Assembly: GCF_001194135.2 (NCBI RefSeq)
Contig: NC_068982.1
Coordinates: 144,535,146-144,571,292, forward strand
From: Octopus bimaculoides
Lineage: Eukaryota
DNA: 36,147 nt
Direction of reading: 5' to 3'
Positions within the stretch are counted from its first letter, which is position 1. Every line of letters begins with the position of its first letter. The notes beneath the pieces are model-generated. The model saw only the letters and a list, made by a program, of their open reading frames with translations. It made no database searches and was not told the DNA's origin. The position numbers and the translations under genes are program-made. Positions 32,005 through 36,147 of this stretch are shown piece by piece.

Positions 32005-32700
32005 CACTTCACTATCTCTCTCCTGTGCTCTCTTACACTTTTGCTGTTTCCTACTCTCTCTCTCTCCCTCTCTCTCTCTTCCTTCTGGTTGGGTAGCCAT
32101 GTATCTCCTCTATAGCAGCACACCTATTTCTTCCCTCATTCTTGGTCACTCTCTCTCTCTTTCTCTTGTTGGGTACCTCCTCTATAACAAGACACCTATT
32201 TCTGCCTCCCTATTTCTCTGTCACACACTAACCTTTCATCATCTGATACTGGATCACCTTCTCCAACACTCTGTTATAGCAAGATACCTGTTTCTGCCTC
32301 TCTGTCACTTTGTCACCCTCTAACCTTTCATCCTCTGAAGTTCCCCTCCTCAAATGCCCCTGTCCCTCTTATAATTCTTTGTCTTGTGAGTTACTTGGCT
32401 ACCCTGCCAGTACTGGTGCCATGTAAAAAGTACCCAATCCACACTGTAAAGTAGTTGGCATTTGGAAGAGCATCCAGCTGTAAAAATCATGCCAAAACTA
32501 ACCTTGCCTGTGCTACTGCCGTATAAAAAGCACTGAGTCCACGCTGCAGAGTGGTTGGTGTTAGGAGGGGCATCCAGCTATGAAAACCCTGCCAAAACAG
32601 ACAGAGTAGTATAAAGTAGTTTTTCTACCTGGCCAGCTCCTGTGAACTGTCCTACTCATGCATGCATAGAAGATGGACATTAAACAAAGATGATGATGAG
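32005..32700 (+). mobile_element. Family C: CT-rich leader + RTE-type tail, copy 2
   Basis: Collinear with 5956-6600. It ends GGACATTAAACAAAGATGATGATGAG, followed by (GAG)n. Confidence 0.7.
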
Positions 32701-33036
32701 GAGGAGGAGGAGGAAGAGGAGGAGGAGGAGGAAGAGGAGGAGGATGACATGTATGTATGTATGTATGGTGTGTGTATGTACATGTGCATGCGCATATGCA
32801 TGTATGTGTGCATGTGTATACATGTGTGTGTGAGTGAATAGATACAGCACAGAAAAATAAAAATATATTAAATATCGTACAACATTAATGTTTGATTTAT
32901 GAAAATATCTCTGCTTCCAGAGGCCCTGTCACAATCACTAAGAGGCAATTGAGACTAGCTTCATTTGAAAAAGAGAGATTCTCCAGAGTTGATATGCCAT
33001 TAAGGAAATGGACAGGCATATTGTTTGAAGAGGACA

Positions 33037-33081
33037 GTTATGAACATGTGTTTCTACCTCAATAAGCATCATCAGCACAAC
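33037..33081 (-). ncRNA. Stand-alone type I hammerhead ribozyme candidate
   Basis: Minus strand reads GUUGUG-CUGAUGA-UGCUU-AUUG-AGGUA-GAAA-C-ACAU-G-UU-CAUAAC. Stem I is 6 bp (one G-U), stem II is 5 bp (two G-U), both boxes are intact, and the triplet is GUU. U10.1-A11.1 is non-canonical. Confidence 0.5.
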
Positions 33082-33568
33082 ACTTGTCTTATCTTATCTC
33101 CAATAACCAAGGCACTTAGACATAAACAAAAAAAGAATAGAACACATTTAACGCCTGTGGTATGTGTATGACCAATATAGAGGTATATCAAATACTATAC
33201 AGCATAAATCTTTGACTTAAAATTGTCTCTAGAATATGTGTCAGAATTACCAAATATGTATGTATATCGTCATCGTCATCATCATCATCATCATCAACAT
33301 CATCATCAACATGAAAAATATATGTATCAACGTAAAATATGCTCTTACAGTGCTGTCTTTAACATGAAACTTTTTGTCACATATATTATATCCCTTTATT
33401 GTCATACATGTCACACCAGGTGAATGAAAATTGTGACCACAGACATTCTGCTCAGAAAATTAATCAGCACTTTTTGAAATTTCAAGGTCAATGTAAATAA
33501 ATACTGTGAGACTTTTTATGCTGCTCTGGGGAAATTGAGAGGAATTAGCAGTTTATATTTTCAGGTGA

Positions 33569-33785
33569 TTAGGTGGTGAGCTGGCAGAACTGTTTGCATG
33601 CTGGACAAAATGCTTAGAAGCATTTCATCCGTCTTTACATTCAGAGTTCGACTTTGCCACCAAGGTTGACTTTGCCTTTCATCCTTCCAGGTCGATAAAA
33701 TAAGTACCAGTTGAGTACTGTGGTCAATGAAATCGACTTATCCCCTCCCCCCAAATTCCTGGCCTTGTGCTGTATTTTGAGATCA
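33569..33785 (+). mobile_element. SINE with Meta/MESC-like central domain, 14-bp TSD
   Basis: Perfect TSD ATATTTTCAGGTGA (33555-33568, 33786-33799). The central GTTGACTTTGCCTTTCATCCTTCCAGGTCGATAAAATAAGTACC resembles the MetaSINE domain (name from recall). Confidence 0.8.
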
Positions 33786-34314
33786 ATATTTTCAGGTGAA
33801 AAAGTTTTTGCACAGTGTCATGCATGTCACACTTTTCGGATCCTCTTCAAGGAATTCCACAGACATTTCAGGGGAAAAATTCTTTGTTAAATGCTTGCCT
33901 GGGTAGTTAAACTTTACTGTGGAAAATGAATTAATACAATTCTTATAAATGTTCAACATTTATAACTTAGGTATTTCGTAATTTGCGTCTCTGTCATGTT
34001 CGTCACGTGAGACTATCTCCTCCGCTTGCCTATGGTTATGATGTATTTATTTAGACCAAAAAAAAAAACTGTTCTGTATAATGATCATAAAAATTATTAT
34101 TATAATTATTATAGCTTGTTCTGTCATGACCAATGCAAAATGAAGATGGTATCTTGCTTTGAGACTATTGCTACAGTTCATGTTATAGCTCCCAGCAGAT
34201 GTTGGTTTCCCATGCTAGATTGTCTGTCCCTAAGTTCATCATGAGATATCTGCAGCAGACTTTTTTTTTATTACATATTTGGTTTGTTTTATCTTTGTTT
34301 GTCTGTCCATTTGT

Positions 34315-34379
34315 CTGTCTATCTCTGTCTATCCATCTATCTATCTGTCTGCATATCTATCTATCTGTCTGTTTGCGTG

Positions 34380-34430
<51 letters not shown>

Positions 34431-34561
34431 GTCTGTCTGTCTGTCTGCTTGCCTACCTGTCTGCCTGCTTGTCTATCTGCCAGTCTGCCTGCCTGCCTGT
34501 CTGTCTGTTTGTCTGCATGTCTGTCTCTGTCTGTCTGCCTGTCTTTGTTTCTATCTATCTA

Positions 34562-34632
<71 letters not shown>
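34315..34632. repeat. (ATCT/GTCT/GCCT)n tetranucleotide compound microsatellite
   Basis: Seen directly; it explains ORFs 34199-34704. Confidence 0.95.
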
Positions 34633-35774
34633 GTTGTAGTGGTGTGCTTCCTGTTTGCTAAAACTGCTCAACAATTGACTGACTTAGTCAAAGGTAAGAG
34701 ATAGGTTAAAAAGATTGTAGGAAGATAGAAATACAAAGAAGGGAGAAGATAAAATGAGAGAAGAGAGCAAAAAGTAAACAAGAGAAAGAAAAGGAGCAAA
34801 GAAAAAGAGAAAAAATGAGAAGGAAAAAGGATGAATGAAAGAAAAGAATAAAAGGAAAAAAGGAGGAAAGAATAAATAAAGAATGAGAAGAAAGAAGAAA
34901 GAGGGAAAGGAAGAAGAAAAAGGAAAAAGAAAGAAAGCAAAAGAAAAGAAAGAAAGGCTTTAAACAATAAAGAAATTAGGAATATTTTATTTAGCTTTGA
35001 GTTAATGAAAACCCATGTGAAGCTCAGGACTTAAATTTTATATAATCTCAGTATATTGTGATGATTCTATTTTTCTCTTTTTCAGATACAGTATATTTAG
35101 GACTACATCATTTAATGTTTTCCTCCCTTTTTAAGTGGTAAAATGTAATTTGAGAGAAATTTGACTGCTATTTCTAGTATATCAGTGGCTGGTAATTTTT
35201 GTGTGTGCATGTGTGCATGCTTATGTGTGTGTCTGAGTGTCTCTGCATGTGTGTGTATGAGTGTCTGTTTTGAATATGTATGAAGCAGGGAAGGAAATCA
35301 TTAGTAAAATATCTACCAAATATGATGAATTTTCTCATGAATATTTTCCCCTGTAACCAAAAATAAACTGGAGATTGACATAGGAAAACATGTTATGGTG
35401 TAAATTTAAAGGAAATGCTGATATGGGAAAGTAAGCTGTAGACCATGGGATGTGAACAAGAAAAAACAAGTGAAAAAAGAAGTTAAATGAAGGTGAGAAG
35501 ACTTCGTTTGGGGATATTAATAATACACAACTGCTACCCGATACTATAACACGATTCAGGCAACACATATGTAACACAATCAGCATCCAATAAAACAACG
35601 CATCTTACATGCATAGAAGATATTTTATACAACAAGCACATGAAACATTAAACTAAAAACGAAACAAATTAGAAACATTGAAACAAAATAGACACAGCAT
35701 GCAAGCATCAGTCCACAATTGCAAATGATGGTGCTGTCCACATCTCAGAAACAGTTTTGTGTGAGCTTATATGG

Positions 35775-35787
35775 TGCCACCTGGTGG
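35775..35787 (-). promoter_or_regulatory. CTCF-like binding motif (candidate)
   Basis: Minus strand TGCACCACCAGGTGGCACCAT contains CCACCAGGTGGCA, a close match to the CTCF core. Motif match only. Confidence 0.35.
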
Positions 35788-35893
35788 TGCAATACAATGA
35801 TAATGATCCTTTCTACTAAAGGCACAAGGCCTAAAATTACAAACCTGGCATACACAGTTGTGACAGTATTTGATTAAATAAGCATCTATGTAT

Positions 35894-36147
35894 TTAGATG
35901 AGATGCAGTTTGGGTTCGTGCCAGGTAAAAGCACAACTGATGCCATATTTCTAGTAAGACAACTGCAGGAGAAATACCTAGCCAAGGATAAACCTCTGTA
36001 CCTGGCCTTCGTTGACATGGAGAAAGCCTTTGACAGGGTCCCCCAATCCCTTATCTGGTGGTCAATGAGGAAACTTGGGATAGAAGAATGGTTAGTGAGA
36101 GCTGTGCGAGTCATGTACAGAGATGCTGCCAGTAAGGTGAGGGTTGG
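35894..36147 (+). mobile_element. RTE-clade LINE, 5'-truncated, reverse transcriptase N-terminal motifs (open frame runs off window end)
   Basis: Stop-free translation LDEMQFGFVPGKSTTDAIFLVRQLQEKYLAKDKPLYLAFVDMEKAFDRVPQSLIWWSMRKLGIEEWLVRAVRVMYRDAASKVRV contains the QFGF..G.ST.DAIF and AFVDMEKAFDRV non-LTR RT motifs of RTE type. Confidence 0.9.

Noticed and set aside
32921-33065. Possible terminal exon (CTTCCAG|A GGC CCT ... GPVTITKRQLRLASFEKERFSRVDMPLRKWTGILFEEDSYEHVFLPQ*)
   Set aside because: Under 60 codons, no recognisable family and no linked upstream exon, so chance cannot be excluded. RNA-seq would be needed.
34720-34970. Polypurine tract with H-DNA potential
   Set aside because: Irregular A/G low-complexity sequence without a clear mirror repeat; common in this genome type.

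Overview
AT-rich, microsatellite- and gap-rich eukaryotic DNA that is almost entirely intronic or intergenic transposon debris. The repeat repertoire points to a coleoid cephalopod, probably Octopus (inference from recalled repeat families; not checked by search). It comprises tRNA-headed CORE-type SINEs, RTE LINE pieces and elements with RTE-type (GAT)n tails, Penelope-like fossils, and Tc1/mariner, pogo and hAT elements. I cannot support any host protein-coding exon, and nearly all ORF-track entries are microsatellite or N-gap artefacts. Recognisable protein remnants are all from mobile elements: an open RTE reverse-transcriptase frame running off the right end (35894-36147), older RTE, R4/Dong-like and CR1/L2-like pieces, two Penelope-like RT/GIY-YIG fossils, a DD37D (maT-type) mariner deletion derivative and a Tigger/pogo transposase fossil. 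The most interesting signal is RNA-structural. A 160-bp palindrome (3914-4073) has two arms that each encode a minimal type I hammerhead ribozyme pointing outward, and the minus-strand one has a complete catalytic core. A second stand-alone hammerhead candidate lies at 33037-33081 and decayed relatives at about 5.1 kb and 21.0 kb. Also notable are a twin-priming-style 5' inversion in an RTE copy, a recurrent breakpoint at one RTE ORF2 site in four copies, and three-level element nesting.
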